Of a DNA stretch of 50,673 nt, positions 30,943-41,668 are shown piece by piece. The notes below the pieces were generated by a model. That model was given only the letters and a program-made list of their open reading frames with translations. It was not told the origin of the DNA and did not search any database. Origin of the DNA: Negativibacillus sp. (lineage in GTDB: Bacteria; Bacillota; Clostridia; Oscillospirales; Ruminococcaceae); contig JAZQXX010000010.1 of assembly GCA_045633085.1 (NCBI GenBank), forward strand, positions 1 to 50,673, given 5' to 3'. A program made the translations under genes and the position numbers. Each line of letters begins with the position of its first letter. Position 1 is the stretch's first letter.

Positions 30943-31182
30943 AAGGCAAAGAAAAGAAATAGTACAGTCCCAACGCCGTACAGAGAGAAGATGGTCGGTG
31001 CAAATCTTCCGGTGTGTTCTGGAACCAGTCTTGGAGCTGCAGCCCCGAAAGAATAGTAGGCGCTGACGGGTTCTCCCGTTACAGAGAGTGTGAGAGCGGA
31101 AGAGTATCTCTTCCGAATTCAGGTGGTAACACGGACTTGTATGTTCGCCCTGAGCTGATTTGCGTCAGCTTAGGGCTTTTTT
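30943..31182 (+). ncRNA. T-box riboswitch (Pro, specifier CCA) with terminator
   Basis: Stem I with AGTA/GAA S-turn, AGAGA and GGTGCAA motifs; specifier CCA at 31025-31027; T-box AATTCAGGTGGTAACACGG at 31116-31134; terminator GCCCTGAGCTGA/TCAGCTTAGGGC + T6. Confidence 0.92.
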
Positions 31183-31225
31183 GTTTTATCCGCTGTTTAA
31201 CGAATTTTAGAAAGGTGGTACTGCT

Positions 31226-32665
31226 ATGGCAGACAACAAAAAAATGGTCGAAGAGATCACTTCCATGGATGTGGACTTCGCCCAGTGGTACACTGACATT
31301 GTAAAAAAAGCAGAACTCATTGACTACACCAGCGTAAAAGGCTGTATGGTCATCAAACCAGCTGGCTATGCAATTTGGGAAAACATCCAGAGTGAACTGG
31401 ACAGACGTTTCAAAGAAACCGGCGTAGAAAACGTATATCTCCCAATGTTTATTCCTGAAAGCCTGCTGCAGAAAGAAAAAGATCATGTAGAAGGCTTCGC
31501 TCCAGAAGTTGCTTGGGTTACCCACGGCGGTCTGGAACCTCTGCAGGAACGTCTTTGCGTAAGACCTACCTCCGAAACCCTGTTCTGCGACCTCTACTCC
31601 AAAGACATCCACTCCCACCGCGACCTGCCAAGACTGTACAATCAGTGGTGCTCCGTTGTACGTTGGGAAAAAACTACCCGTCCATTCCTGCGTTCCCGCG
31701 AATTCCTGTGGCAGGAAGGCCATACCGCTCATGCTACCGCTGAGGAAGCTGAAGAAAGAACCATCCTGATGCTGAACACCTACGCAAACTTCCTGGAAGA
31801 TGTTCTGGCTATTCCGGTTGTTAAAGGCCGCAAAACCGATAAAGAGAAATTTGCAGGCGCAGAAGCTACCTACACCATCGAAGCTCTGATGCACGACGGT
31901 AAAGCTCTGCAGTCCGGTACTTCCCATAACTTCGGCGATGGCTTCGCAAAAGCATTCGGCATTCAGTACACTGACAAAAACAACAAACTGGCTTACGTTC
32001 ACCAGACTTCTTGGGGTATGACCACCCGTCTGATCGGTGCGATCATCATGGTTCACGGCGACGACAGCGGTCTGAAACTGCCACCAAGAATCGCTCCTAC
32101 TCAGGCTGTGATCATTCCTATCATGCCTAAGAAAGAAGGCGTACTGGACAACGCTGCGAAGATGGAAGCTGCTCTGAAAGCTGCTGGCGTTCGCGTAAAA
32201 ACCGATGCTACCGATAAGAGCCCAGGCTTCAAATTCGCTGAACAGGAAATGCGTGGTATTCCAGTTCGTATCGAATGCGGTCCAAAAGATATCGAGAAAA
32301 ATCAGTGTGTTGTGGTTCGCCGCGATACTCGCGAAAAAATCGTTATCTCCCTGGATGAACTGACTGTAAAAGTTCCAGAAATTCTGGAAGCTATGCAGAA
32401 AGATATGCTGGAAACCGCTCGCGCTCACCGCGATGCTCACACCTACACTGCTCATAACTACGAAGAAATGCTGGACATCCTGGAAAACAAACCAGGCTTC
32501 GTAAAAGCAATGTGGTGCGGCGACCAGGCTTGCGAAGATAAAATCAAAGAAGTTGCTTCCGCTACTTCCCGCTGCATCCCATTCGAACAGGAACAGATCT
32601 CCGATGTGTGCCCTGTTTGCGGCAAACCTGCAAAACACATGGTTTACTGGGGCAAAGCTTACTAA
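31226..32665 (+). CDS. proS: Proline--tRNA ligase (archaeal/eukaryotic type)
   Basis: [35 protein letters not shown]-terminal WGKAY; upstream Pro T-box. Confidence 0.97.
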   Translation: MADNKKMVEEITSMDVDFAQWYTDIVKKAELIDYTSVKGCMVIKPAGYAIWENIQSELDRRFKETGVENVYLPMFIPESLLQKEKDHVEGFAPEVAWVTHGGLEPLQERLCVRPTSETLFCDLYSKDIHSHRDLPRLYNQWCSVVRWEKTTRPFLRSREFLWQEGHTAHATAEEAEERTILMLNTYANFLEDVLAIPVVKGRKTDKEKFAGAEATYTIEALMHDGKALQSGTSHNFGDGFAKAFGIQYTDKNNKLAYVHQTSWGMTTRLIGAIIMVHGDDSGLKLPPRIAPTQAVIIPIMPKKEGVLDNAAKMEAALKAAGVRVKTDATDKSPGFKFAEQEMRGIPVRIECGPKDIEKNQCVVVRRDTREKIVISLDELTVKVPEILEAMQKDMLETARAHRDAHTYTAHNYEEMLDILENKPGFVKAMWCGDQACEDKIKEVASATSRCIPFEQEQISDVCPVCGKPAKHMVYWGKAY

Positions 32666-32674
32666 TTTAAGCAT

Positions 32675-32705
32675 AAAAAAGACCTCCCGAACGGGAGGTC
32701 TTTTT
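32675..32705. terminator. Bidirectional intrinsic terminator
   Basis: AAAAAAGACCTCCCG-aa-CGGGAGGTCTTTTT. Confidence 0.88.
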
Positions 32706-32707
32706 GT

Positions 32708-33145
32708 TTATCGGAAATATTCGAGCAGATCCCAATACAGCTCATCGGTGTCATCGTCCAAGCGAAGATAAGCATCTCCGTTGATGATCACGCGACCGTT
32801 GCTGTAAACATCGACGTCCATTTTCTTGTTTTGCTGCCAGCTGATGCACAGTTCATACTGGTTGGTTTCATTGCGGTAGAAAGCAGACGGAATCGGAAGC
32901 TTCAAATAGAATCCGCCCAATTCGTCCATCACTTCATGAAAGATTCGAGTGTCATCCGTATGATCGTAGTACTCATCAGACAGCTTATTACTGTTTGCTC
33001 CAGCTGTTTCATGATAAAAATGCAGGACACGAATCTGCTGAGGAATGGCGTTTTCATTAATCGTAACATGATTATTCATAATATAAACAGCTACACACAG
33101 CACCAAAGCCAAAATCGCCCACAATAACGTTTTAATTTTACTCAT
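32708..33145 (-). CDS. Hypothetical protein with N-terminal membrane anchor or signal peptide
   Basis: GGGGAG RBS; hydrophobic N-terminus LLWAILALVLCVAVYIM. Confidence 0.7.
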   Translation of the reverse strand: MSKIKTLLWAILALVLCVAVYIMNNHVTINENAIPQQIRVLHFYHETAGANSNKLSDEYYDHTDDTRIFHEVMDELGGFYLKLPIPSAFYRNETNQYELCISWQQNKKMDVDVYSNGRVIINGDAYLRLDDDTDELYWDLLEYFR

Positions 33146-33176
33146 TTGCCCACTCTCCCCTTGCATAAGATGATAT

Positions 33177-33668
33177 TTAATTGCAGTGACTAATAATTTG
33201 TGCCACCGTTTTGCTTAAAATTCCACTGTTATCCACGCATAGCGATGCTACGGAACGATAGATTCGATCTCGTTTTAGAAAAATCTCCTGTAGCTGTTCT
33301 CTGCTGTTCGCGCGAACAAGAGGACGGTCACTGCAATGAATACGCTCATAGCATTTTTCAAAAGGAACCTCCAAATAAACCACGGAGCTGCCTTTCAGCT
33401 GCTTCTGTACCGCTTCTGACAGTACAAAACCGCCGCCGGTGGAGATAATGACCTTTTCCATGTTCGACAGCGTGTTAGCCAGCTCAGCCTCCAACTGCCT
33501 AAAATATGCTTCCCCATGTTCTGCAAAAATGTTGGGGATCGGACCGTACGCTTCCTCAATGAGCTGATCGGTATCCAACAAAGGCCAGTTCAGCTCTTTT
33601 GCCAGCGCTTTACCGACCGTACTTTTTCCGGCACCCATGAAGCCGCAAAGAAAAATCGCCTTCTTCAT
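33177..33668 (-). CDS. aroK: Shikimate kinase
   Basis: GFMGAGKSTVG, GEAYFR..E, STGGG, DRPL. Confidence 0.93.
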   Translation of the reverse strand: MKKAIFLCGFMGAGKSTVGKALAKELNWPLLDTDQLIEEAYGPIPNIFAEHGEAYFRQLEAELANTLSNMEKVIISTGGGFVLSEAVQKQLKGSSVVYLEVPFEKCYERIHCSDRPLVRANSREQLQEIFLKRDRIYRSVASLCVDNSGILSKTVAQIISHCN

Positions 33669-34513
33669 TACAGCACCTCCTCCATCTCACGGAGAACCTG
33701 TGCTACCTGCGCATATTCGAAGTGCTTGCCGAACCAAATTTCCTGTGCGGCAGCTGCCTGCCACACCAGCATCGGCATACCGCCACAGACACGGCAGCCA
33801 GCTTGTTTAGCTGCTTTCATCAGCTGTGTTTCACGAGGATTATAGATGCAGTCAAAGAGCGCCTGAACGCCTCTCAGAGCCTCCTGAGGGATCGGCATTT
33901 CATTGGTGTGCGGATACATTCCCACAGGACTTGCATTGATGAGTAAATCAAACTCACCGCTGAGTTCTTCAGCTGCAACAACACGTACATCTTTTCCAGA
34001 AAGTGCACGAAGCTTTTCTACTAGCTCTATCAAGTCTTTATGTTCTCCGGCAGTATAGGCTTCGACATGCTGTTTTCGTACTGCTAATGTCAGCTGACAG
34101 CCTCTATAAGCACACTCCGTGGCAAACATTCTTCCTACACCACCGAGTCCAACGATACAAACAGAGCCTTCGATTTTTACTCCTGAGCCTTCCAGACAGC
34201 GCACAAATCCAATACAGTCCGTATTATATCCAATATATTTTCCGTTCTGTTTCGCAACAACATTGACAGAACCGTGTTTTTGTGCCGATTCGTCCAGCTC
34301 ATCCAAGTACTTTTTAATATTAAGCTTATGAGGGATTGTCACATTGAAGCCATCCAAAGATTTCAGCAAAGGCCAGGAAGCTTCCAGCTCCTCCAACGAA
34401 ATATCGTACTTTTTATATTCAATGGTTTCATCCATGTAGCGGCTGAGCTTCTCATGCAGCAGTGGGGACAGTGTATGTCCCAACGGATGACCAAGCAATC
34501 CGGCTTTTTTCAT
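33668..34513 (-). CDS. aroE: Shikimate dehydrogenase
   Basis: GHPLGHTLSP, GFNVTIPHK, GYNTD..GF, IYNP. Confidence 0.93.
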   Translation of the reverse strand: MKKAGLLGHPLGHTLSPLLHEKLSRYMDETIEYKKYDISLEELEASWPLLKSLDGFNVTIPHKLNIKKYLDELDESAQKHGSVNVVAKQNGKYIGYNTDCIGFVRCLEGSGVKIEGSVCIVGLGGVGRMFATECAYRGCQLTLAVRKQHVEAYTAGEHKDLIELVEKLRALSGKDVRVVAAEELSGEFDLLINASPVGMYPHTNEMPIPQEALRGVQALFDCIYNPRETQLMKAAKQAGCRVCGGMPMLVWQAAAAQEIWFGKHFEYAQVAQVLREMEEVL

Positions 34514-34786
34514 GCTTCCCGCCTCCTTTTCTTTGACTATATCATAGAACAAGAAAGCAAATCAATGTTTTTGTGTGAACAATCCACGGAAACTTTCATA
34601 ACCTTTTCTGTTTTCTATTGACATTTTTTCCTTTGTCGCAACTTTGACGAAAATAAACACTTATTTTTTCCATTTCCTTTATGAAAAAACTATTGATTTG
34701 TTCTATGAAAACAGGTATCATATTTTTTGAACGACAGTGCAAAACAGCTTGCACGGATAACAGGCTTCGTTGAAAGGAGGATACAC

Positions 34787-35017
34787 ATGGACGTTTTGGA
34801 AAAGATCATCGACATTCTGTGCGACCAGCTCGACCTGGACAGAGAGCAGGTTACTGAAGATTCTGAGATCATTGACGATTTGGGTGCTGATTCCCTGGAC
34901 ATCGTAGACCTCGTTATGACTTTGGAAGAAGAATTCGATACCGAAATTACTGACGAAATGATCGAAGGCATGAAAACTGTCGGCGACGTTGTTCGTTACG
35001 TTGAAGAACATCTCTAA
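34787..35017 (+). CDS. acpP: Acyl carrier protein
   Basis: DDLGADSLD phosphopantetheine motif; AGGAGG RBS before ATG 34787. Confidence 0.93.
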   Translation: MDVLEKIIDILCDQLDLDREQVTEDSEIIDDLGADSLDIVDLVMTLEEEFDTEITDEMIEGMKTVGDVVRYVEEHL

Positions 35018-35029
35018 TCAAGAGCAATT

Positions 35030-35095
35030 ACCGCCCGGAAAGCCCGGGCGGTTTTTTTATGCACAAAAAAGCTCCCTCCAAAGAGGGAGCTTTTT
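35030..35095. terminator. Two back-to-back intrinsic terminators (acpP and pflA)
   Basis: CCGCCCGG/CCGGGCGG+T7 and AAAAAGCTCCCTC/GAGGGAGCTTTTT. Confidence 0.85.
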
Positions 35096-35809
35096 CTATC
35101 TATGCAGAAGTTGATTCAGTTTGTCCATGCAGTCTTTGCTCGGCTCAGGAAGATGTCCAAAGCGGAAATCCATTTCCATTTTGTCATACTTCACTTGGCA
35201 GATTTTACGGAACGCAAGCAGCTCTGTTTTATCCACGCAGGAATGCTTCTCTGCAATGGATTTCAGTGCCGTGATATTTTCCTCACTGTCATTCAAAGTA
35301 GGAATAATAACCTGGCGCAAGGTGACCGGAATCTTCTGCTCATCAAGATACGCTAAGAATTCCAACGGAGCCTGCAAGCCGCAGCCTACATAATCCCGAT
35401 ACTGAGCATCATTTGTGTACTTGATATCCAGCAAAACGCGGTCTGTTTCCTTCAGAGCTTCTTTCACAGCTTCGTTCCAAACGCTGCCGGAAGTGTCCAA
35501 ACAGGTATTGATGCCCTGCTCATGGCAAAGCGCAAACACTTCCCGTACAAAGTTAGCCTGCAAGAGAGGTTCACCGCCTGAAATGGTGATTCCGCCTTCC
35601 TTGCCGAAATATTCTCGGTAGCGCACTGCCTTCTCGACGATTTGGCTTGCTGTATATTCCGTACCGCCTGTCATAGCCCATGTATCAGGGTTATGGCAGC
35701 AGCCACAGCGAAGATTACAACCCTGCAAAAACACCACGAAGCGCACTCCAGGGCCGTCCAGCGTGCCTAAGCTTTGAATAGAATGGACACGGCCTTTCCC
35801 GTTTTCCAT
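35096..35809 (-). CDS. pflA: Pyruvate formate-lyase activating enzyme (radical SAM)
   Basis: DGPGVRFVVFLQGCNLRCGCCHNPDTW, SGGEPLLQ. Confidence 0.95.
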   Translation of the reverse strand: MENGKGRVHSIQSLGTLDGPGVRFVVFLQGCNLRCGCCHNPDTWAMTGGTEYTASQIVEKAVRYREYFGKEGGITISGGEPLLQANFVREVFALCHEQGINTCLDTSGSVWNEAVKEALKETDRVLLDIKYTNDAQYRDYVGCGLQAPLEFLAYLDEQKIPVTLRQVIIPTLNDSEENITALKSIAEKHSCVDKTELLAFRKICQVKYDKMEMDFRFGHLPEPSKDCMDKLNQLLHR

Positions 35810-35811
35810 GC

Positions 35812-38043
35812 TTATACAACCTCATGGAAAGTTCTGCTGATAACTTCACGCTGCTGCTCTTTGGACAGCTTATTGAAGTTTACAGCGTAACCGGATACAC
35901 GGATAGTCAGGTTTGGATATGCTTCTGGATCCTCGTATGCTTTCATAAGAGTTTCGCGGTTCATTACATTGACATTGATGTGGTGAGCCATCTTCGCAAA
36001 GTAACCATCCAAAATCATTACCAGATTGTTGATACGTTCCTCTTCTTCACGGCCCAAAGCTTCTGGAGTGATAGAGAAGGTATTGGAAATACCGTCACGG
36101 CAGTCATCGTAGCTCAGTTTTGCAACGGAGTTCAGGGAAGCCAGTGCACCGTTTTCTTCGCGGTTGTGCATTGGGTTTGCACCAGGAGCAAAGGCTGCAC
36201 CTGCCGCTCTGCCATCTGGGGTTGCAGCAGTATTTTTACCGTACATTACGTTAGAGGTAATGGTCAGAACAGAGAGAGTATGCTCTGCATTGCGGTAGGT
36301 TGGGGTCTTACGCAGCTCAGTGATCACGCGATGGGTCATATCTTTTGCAATCAGGTCAACACGATCGTCATCGTTACCGAATTTAGGGAAGTCACCGGTG
36401 GTTTCGAACTCGGTAATGAAGCCTTCCTCATTGCGCAGAGGACGTACGTTTGCGAATTTGATCGCACTCAGAGAGTCTGCAACAACAGACAGACCTGCAA
36501 TACCGAATGCCATGAAACGATGAACGTCGGTATCGTGGAGAGCCATCTGAGTTTTCTCATAAGCATATTTATCGTGCATGTAATGGATAACGTTCATGGT
36601 GTTAACATAGAGATGCATCAACCATGGGATATAAACATCCAGACGTGCCATTACTTCGTCGATGTTCAGTTTTTCGCCTTCCAGTACAGGCATCTGTGGG
36701 CCGATGTGCATCTTGCTGGAAGTATCGTAACCGCCGTTGATCGCGATCAGCAGCAGTTTTGCCAGATTGCAGCGAGCACCGAAGAACTGCATCTGTTTAC
36801 CGATCTTCATCGCAGAAACGCAGCAAGCAATCGCATAGTCATCACCGTAGAGAGGACGCATCAAGTCGTCGTTCTCGTACTGGATGGAGTCGGTATCAGC
36901 AGATACTTTTGCGCAGAATTTCTTAAAGTTCGCTGGGAGAGAAGTAGACCAAAGAACGGTCAGGTTTGGTTCTGGAGAAGAACCGAGGGTGTAGAGGGTG
37001 TTCAGCATACGGAAGCTGTTTTTAGTAACGAGAGTTCTTCCGTCTTCGCCCATACCGCCTACTGCTTCGGTGATCCACATTGGGTCACCGCCGAAGAGTT
37101 CGTTGTATTCTGGAGTTCTCAGATGACGAGCCATGCGAAGTTTCATAACAAAGTCATCCATCAGCTCCTGAGCACCTTCTTCGGTGAGAGTGCCGTTTGC
37201 AATATCGCGGTCAATGTAGATATCAAAGAAGGAGCTTACACGGCCCAGAGACATTGCAGCACCGTTCTGTTCTTTGATTGCACCGAGGTATGCGAAGTAA
37301 GTCCACTGGATCGCTTCACGTGCATTGGAAGCAGGACCGCTGATGTCATAACCGTACATTTGAGCCATTTCTTTCAGATAGCCAAGGAATGCGATCTGCT
37401 GGTACAGTTCTTCGTCCTGACGAACCTGTTCAGTGGTGAAGACACCTTCTGCCAGTTTCTTTTTGTCTTTCTGTTTTTCAGCAATCAGTCTGTCTACACC
37501 GTAAAGAGCAACACGGCGATAGTCACCGATGATACGGCCACGACCGTAAGCATCTGGCAGACCGGTAATAACATGACATTTACGTGCTGCACGCATTTCG
37601 TCGGTGTATGCACGGTAAACACCTTCGTTGTGGGTTGTACGGAAGCGGAATTCTTCTTCTACTTTATTGCTCAGCTTGTAGCCGTAAGCTTCACAAGCCT
37701 GTTTAACCATACGCATACCGCCGAATGGGTTAACGCCGCGTTTCAGGGGACGGTTGGTCTGCAGACCAACGATCAGCTCATTTTCTTTGTCCAGGTAGCC
37801 TGGAGAGTAGCTGGTCAGAGAAGAAACGGTAGCAGTGTCAATGTCCAGTACGCCGCCAAACTGTCTTTCCAAAGCAAAGAGCTGCTGCAGCTTTTTCATC
37901 AGATTTTTGGTTCTTGGAGTTGCTTCTGCAAGGAAGCTTGCATCTCCGGTATATTCTTTGTAGTTTGTCTGGATGAAGTCACGAACGTTGATCTCGTCCT
38001 GCCATACACCTTTTACAAAACCATTCCAATTTACATGTTCCAT
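35812..38043 (-). CDS. pflB: Formate C-acetyltransferase (pyruvate formate-lyase)
   Basis: [24 protein letters not shown], glycyl-radical motif IRVSGYAV. Confidence 0.97.
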   Translation of the reverse strand: MEHVNWNGFVKGVWQDEINVRDFIQTNYKEYTGDASFLAEATPRTKNLMKKLQQLFALERQFGGVLDIDTATVSSLTSYSPGYLDKENELIVGLQTNRPLKRGVNPFGGMRMVKQACEAYGYKLSNKVEEEFRFRTTHNEGVYRAYTDEMRAARKCHVITGLPDAYGRGRIIGDYRRVALYGVDRLIAEKQKDKKKLAEGVFTTEQVRQDEELYQQIAFLGYLKEMAQMYGYDISGPASNAREAIQWTYFAYLGAIKEQNGAAMSLGRVSSFFDIYIDRDIANGTLTEEGAQELMDDFVMKLRMARHLRTPEYNELFGGDPMWITEAVGGMGEDGRTLVTKNSFRMLNTLYTLGSSPEPNLTVLWSTSLPANFKKFCAKVSADTDSIQYENDDLMRPLYGDDYAIACCVSAMKIGKQMQFFGARCNLAKLLLIAINGGYDTSSKMHIGPQMPVLEGEKLNIDEVMARLDVYIPWLMHLYVNTMNVIHYMHDKYAYEKTQMALHDTDVHRFMAFGIAGLSVVADSLSAIKFANVRPLRNEEGFITEFETTGDFPKFGNDDDRVDLIAKDMTHRVITELRKTPTYRNAEHTLSVLTITSNVMYGKNTAATPDGRAAGAAFAPGANPMHNREENGALASLNSVAKLSYDDCRDGISNTFSITPEALGREEEERINNLVMILDGYFAKMAHHINVNVMNRETLMKAYEDPEAYPNLTIRVSGYAVNFNKLSKEQQREVISRTFHEVV

Positions 38044-38082
38044 ATGTGTTACCTCCTGTCATTGACTGAATCGCACCAAAAC

Positions 38083-38190
38083 AAAAAAGGGCAATTCAGC
38101 TCACAAAAACTGAATTGCCCAGACGGTCGGCATTATGAGCTTTCACACTTCCCCGCGGTACTCCGCGAATTCCGTCAGTCATGTAAAAGC
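38083..38190 (-). ncRNA. ZMP/ZTP (pfl-class) riboswitch with overlapping terminator
   Basis: Minus strand ATGACTGACGGAA..CGCGGAGTACCGCGGGGA...GCCGACCGTCTGGGCA; GGGCAATTCAG/CTGAATTGCCC + T6 terminator shares the aptamer 3' end; directly upstream of pflB. Confidence 0.92.
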
Positions 38191-38256
38191 AGTGATGGTT
38201 GTTGTGCTGAATGATTTTCAAGTATACGCTTGTTATACAACACATTGTCCAATAAT

Positions 38257-38285
38257 ATAATAACAATTCTGTATACATCTGTCAA
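38257..38285 (-). promoter_or_regulatory. Sigma-A promoter of pflBA
   Basis: Minus strand TTGACA-17 bp-TATTAT with extended -10 TG. Confidence 0.75.
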
Positions 38286-38322
38286 GGGTAAAGGTCCACA
38301 AGAATCATCGCCAAAAGCAATT

Positions 38323-38358
38323 AAAAACCACCAATACAGTATAGTATTGGTGGTTTTT
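38323..38358 (-). terminator. Intrinsic terminator after fhs
   Basis: AAAAACCACCAATAC/GTATTGGTGGTTTTT inverted repeat. Confidence 0.85.
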
Positions 38359-38367
38359 CTTTAGAAT

Positions 38368-40044
38368 TTAGAACAGGCCGGAAATTTTACCGGTGGAATC
38401 AACGTCGATACGTTCAGCAGCCGGTACTTTTGGCAGACCAGGCATGGTCATGATCTCGCCGGTGAGAGCAACGATGAAGCCTGCACCTGCAGATACTTTC
38501 AGGTTGCGAACCTGTACTTTGAAGCCTCTTGGTGCACCCAGCAGGGAAGCATTGTCGGAGAAGCTGTACTGGGTTTTTGCCATACAGATTGGCAGTTTGC
38601 CGAAGCCCAGTGCATTCAGATTAGCCATCTGTTTTTTCGCACCTGGAGTCAGCTCTACGCCGTCACCGTGATAGATCTTGGTAACGATCGCATTGAGTTT
38701 TTCTTCGATGGTAGTATCGCTGTCGTAGCAGAAGGTGAAGTCATTTGGCTGTTCGCACAGACGAACCACTTCATTTGCCAGTTCAACGCCGCCATCGCCG
38801 CCTTTGCCCCATACTTCGGACAGAGCAACGTTAACGCCCAGCTCTTTGCATTTATCTTCGATGAGTTTCAGCTCAGCTTCGCTGTCAGTTGGGAAGCGGT
38901 TGATGGCAACTACTGCAGGCAGTTTGTAAACGGTGGTGATGTTTTCAACGTGCTGCAGCAGGTTTGGCAGACCTTTTTCCAGTGCTTCCAGATTTTCGTT
39001 GTTCAGGTCAGCTTTTGCAACGCCGCCGTGATGTTTCAGCGCACGAACAGTAGCTACTACAACAACTGCTGCTGGTTTCAGACCGGCCATACGGCATTTG
39101 ATGTCGAGGAATTTCTCAGCACCCAGGTCAGCACCGAAGCCAGCTTCGGTAACAACGTAGTCGCCCAGTTTCAGAGCCATACGGGTAGCCATGATACTGT
39201 TACAACCATGTGCGATGTTTGCGAATGGACCGCCGTGTACAAAGGCAGGGGTATGTTCCAGAGTCTGAACCAGGTTTGGTTTCATTGCATCTTTCAGCAG
39301 AGCGCACATAGCACCTTCTGCTTTCAGCTGTCTTGCAGTAACAGGTTCTTCCTGATAGGTGTAGCCTACTACGATGTTGCCCAGACGTTCTTTCAGATCA
39401 TCCAGGTCTTTTGCCAGACAGAGAACAGCCATAACTTCGGAAGCTACGGTGATGTCGTAACCGTCTTCACGAGGAGTACCGTTGATTCTGCCGCCCAGAC
39501 CGTCGGTCACAAAGCGCAGCTGTCTGTCGTTCATATCCACGCAGCGTTTCCAAGTGATACGGCGTGGGTCAATGTTCAGTGCATTGCCCTGATAAATGTG
39601 GTTGTCCAGCATTGCAGCCAGCAGGTTGTTTGCTGCGCCGATTGCGTGCATATCGCCGGTGAAGTGCAGGTTGATGTCTTCCATAGGAACAACCTGTGCG
39701 TAACCGCCGCCTGCAGCGCCGCCTTTTACGCCGAATACAGGGCCGAGAGATGGTTCACGCAGTGCAACCACTACGTTTTTACCGATTTTTTTCAGACCGT
39801 CAGCCAGACCAACGGTGGTGGTGGTTTTACCTTCACCTGCTGGGGTTGGGCTGATTGCAGTAACCAGGATCAGTTTACCGTCTGGAGTATCTGCTTTTTC
39901 AGTCAGCATATTGTAGTCAACTTTTGCTTTGTAGTTGCCGTACTGTTCCAGATATTTTTCATCAATACCTGCAGCAGCCGCGATTTCGCGGATGTGGCTC
40001 ATTGTTGTTTCCTGAGCAATTTCGATGTCGCTTTTGTAACCCAT
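38368..40044 (-). CDS. fhs: Formate--tetrahydrofolate ligase
   Basis: [40 protein letters not shown]. Confidence 0.97.
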   Translation of the reverse strand: MGYKSDIEIAQETTMSHIREIAAAAGIDEKYLEQYGNYKAKVDYNMLTEKADTPDGKLILVTAISPTPAGEGKTTTTVGLADGLKKIGKNVVVALREPSLGPVFGVKGGAAGGGYAQVVPMEDINLHFTGDMHAIGAANNLLAAMLDNHIYQGNALNIDPRRITWKRCVDMNDRQLRFVTDGLGGRINGTPREDGYDITVASEVMAVLCLAKDLDDLKERLGNIVVGYTYQEEPVTARQLKAEGAMCALLKDAMKPNLVQTLEHTPAFVHGGPFANIAHGCNSIMATRMALKLGDYVVTEAGFGADLGAEKFLDIKCRMAGLKPAAVVVVATVRALKHHGGVAKADLNNENLEALEKGLPNLLQHVENITTVYKLPAVVAINRFPTDSEAELKLIEDKCKELGVNVALSEVWGKGGDGGVELANEVVRLCEQPNDFTFCYDSDTTIEEKLNAIVTKIYHGDGVELTPGAKKQMANLNALGFGKLPICMAKTQYSFSDNASLLGAPRGFKVQVRNLKVSAGAGFIVALTGEIMTMPGLPKVPAAERIDVDSTGKISGLF

Positions 40045-40097
40045 GGAACATTCTCCTTTTTCATATGTATTATGAGAGCCGATTATACTTACTTTTT

Positions 40098-40126
40098 ATT
40101 ATACTTGTCTTGCGGAATGATGTCAA
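40098..40126 (-). promoter_or_regulatory. Consensus sigma-A promoter of fhs
   Basis: Minus strand TTGACA-17 bp-TATAAT. Confidence 0.85.
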
Positions 40127-40140
40127 TGTTCCCCAATTAT

Positions 40141-40794
40141 TTAGAGGAATGAAGCGATAAACTGTGCTGTCTTGCGAGCGATTCGTTTGTGGCCCTCAGC
40201 AGAAGGATGCAGACCGTCCGGCAGAGTGCAGGAACGCATTTCTTCAGTTTCAGCATTGATATTGCTCATACTGAACAGGTCCAGTACAGGGATCGCATAG
40301 TATTCTGCCATTTCAAGCAGAGCATCCCGGTAATCCTTCAACGTGTGTCCATCACCATTCTGCTGAGTCCAGTAAGGGTACTCCTTAAAACCGTTGACGC
40401 GCATCGGAGACAGCAGCATGATCTCTCCCTGTGGATTGTCTTTCAGCAAGGTTTTGATGATGTGCTCCAGGGCACCGCAGAAGCTGTTATCGTCACCGTT
40501 TCCGCGCTGACCGAGCGGAACTGAGTTCATAAAATCGTTGACACCGCCGAAAATAATGCAGAGGTCATAATCTCTTTTGATCTCTTCAAAACGTTCCACA
40601 AACGGAGCTTCCTTGCGCCTGCTGCAAACTGCTACAGTACTGCCGCTGACTGCGTGTTTTACAATATCAGCCTGTGGGAAGATCTCCTGCAGGAATTCCA
40701 CCCAACCATAACCGTCGTTTCCGGCACCGCAAGTGATGCTGTCACCCAAGCAAACAATTTTCTTATCGCTCCAGTAATCGTATCCCATTTTCAT
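40141..40794 (-). CDS. SGNH/GDSL hydrolase
   Basis: GDSIT, GGVND, DGLHP. Confidence 0.9.
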   Translation of the reverse strand: MKMGYDYWSDKKIVCLGDSITCGAGNDGYGWVEFLQEIFPQADIVKHAVSGSTVAVCSRRKEAPFVERFEEIKRDYDLCIIFGGVNDFMNSVPLGQRGNGDDNSFCGALEHIIKTLLKDNPQGEIMLLSPMRVNGFKEYPYWTQQNGDGHTLKDYRDALLEMAEYYAIPVLDLFSMSNINAETEEMRSCTLPDGLHPSAEGHKRIARKTAQFIASFL

Positions 40795-40796
40795 GA

Positions 40797-41492
40797 TTAA
40801 GCCTCCTGTTCCATATCGATGACGCTGAGGACGCCGTCTTTCACTTTAAAATGCAGCTCAAATCCTGCAAAACTCAAGCCATAGATTCGTTCCGGGTCGT
40901 CTTGATAGGCCGGTCTTGGATCCTGCGAAAGAACACCGAGAAGCGAAGCCTGTTTCTCTTGCGGAAGCTTATTTAACAGCTCCGGTGAGATCTCTACCTC
41001 CACGTGATAGTCCTTCTTCTCTGCTGCAAAACCGCCGCGAGCATCCGGATGACTGTCCACATAAGGCAGGTACGGTTTGATATCATAAATCGGTGTACCG
41101 TCCAGCAAATCAGCACCTGCAACAAGAAGAACCGGTCCGTCTTCCGCTTCCCAATCCACACCTAAAAGTTTTACGCAGGACAGGCCCATTGGATTTGGAC
41201 GGAATGGTGCACGGGTCGCAAAAACGCCGATACGGGTATTACCGCCCAATCTCGGCGGACGTACGGTTGGATGCCATGCATCGTGCTTGTTGGCACTGAA
41301 ACGCCAAATCAGCCACAGATAATCGAAGTCCTCGATTCCCCGCAGCGCTTCCGGATTGCGGCAATATGGCTCCAGTACAATACGGGCTGTCAGGGTTTCC
41401 ACCAAACCGCTCTGTCGCGGAATACCGAACTTTTCTTTAAAGTCCGTCTGAATATGGGCAATGGGTTCCATTACAAAGGTTTCATTCGACAA
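40797..41492 (-). CDS. tsaA: tRNA (N6-threonylcarbamoyladenosine(37)-N6)-methyltransferase TrmO/TsaA
   Basis: KFGIPRQSG, VRPPRLGGN..GVFATR.PFRPNP, DLLDGTPIYDIKPY, QDPRPAYQ. Confidence 0.92.
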   Translation of the reverse strand: MSNETFVMEPIAHIQTDFKEKFGIPRQSGLVETLTARIVLEPYCRNPEALRGIEDFDYLWLIWRFSANKHDAWHPTVRPPRLGGNTRIGVFATRAPFRPNPMGLSCVKLLGVDWEAEDGPVLLVAGADLLDGTPIYDIKPYLPYVDSHPDARGGFAAEKKDYHVEVEISPELLNKLPQEKQASLLGVLSQDPRPAYQDDPERIYGLSFAGFELHFKVKDGVLSVIDMEQEA

Positions 41493-41549
41493 ATTACCGC
41501 CTCCTTTTTGGCTGTAACACTGAAAATTAAGCGAGTTCCTTCAAAATTC

Positions 41550-41580
41550 TTGACATGAGCTTAACTCTAAGTGTTATAAT
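41550..41580 (+). promoter_or_regulatory. Promoter with 19-bp spacer (MerR-type architecture) for the DUF362 gene
   Basis: TTGACA-19 bp-TATAAT with an imperfect dyad in the spacer. Confidence 0.65.
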
Positions 41581-41668
41581 GAATCGAAAGTAGTATCTAA
41601 ATAGATATTATCCTTTCAATAGAAAAAAGTCAATGAATCCATGAAATACATTACGGAGGTCGATCCCT

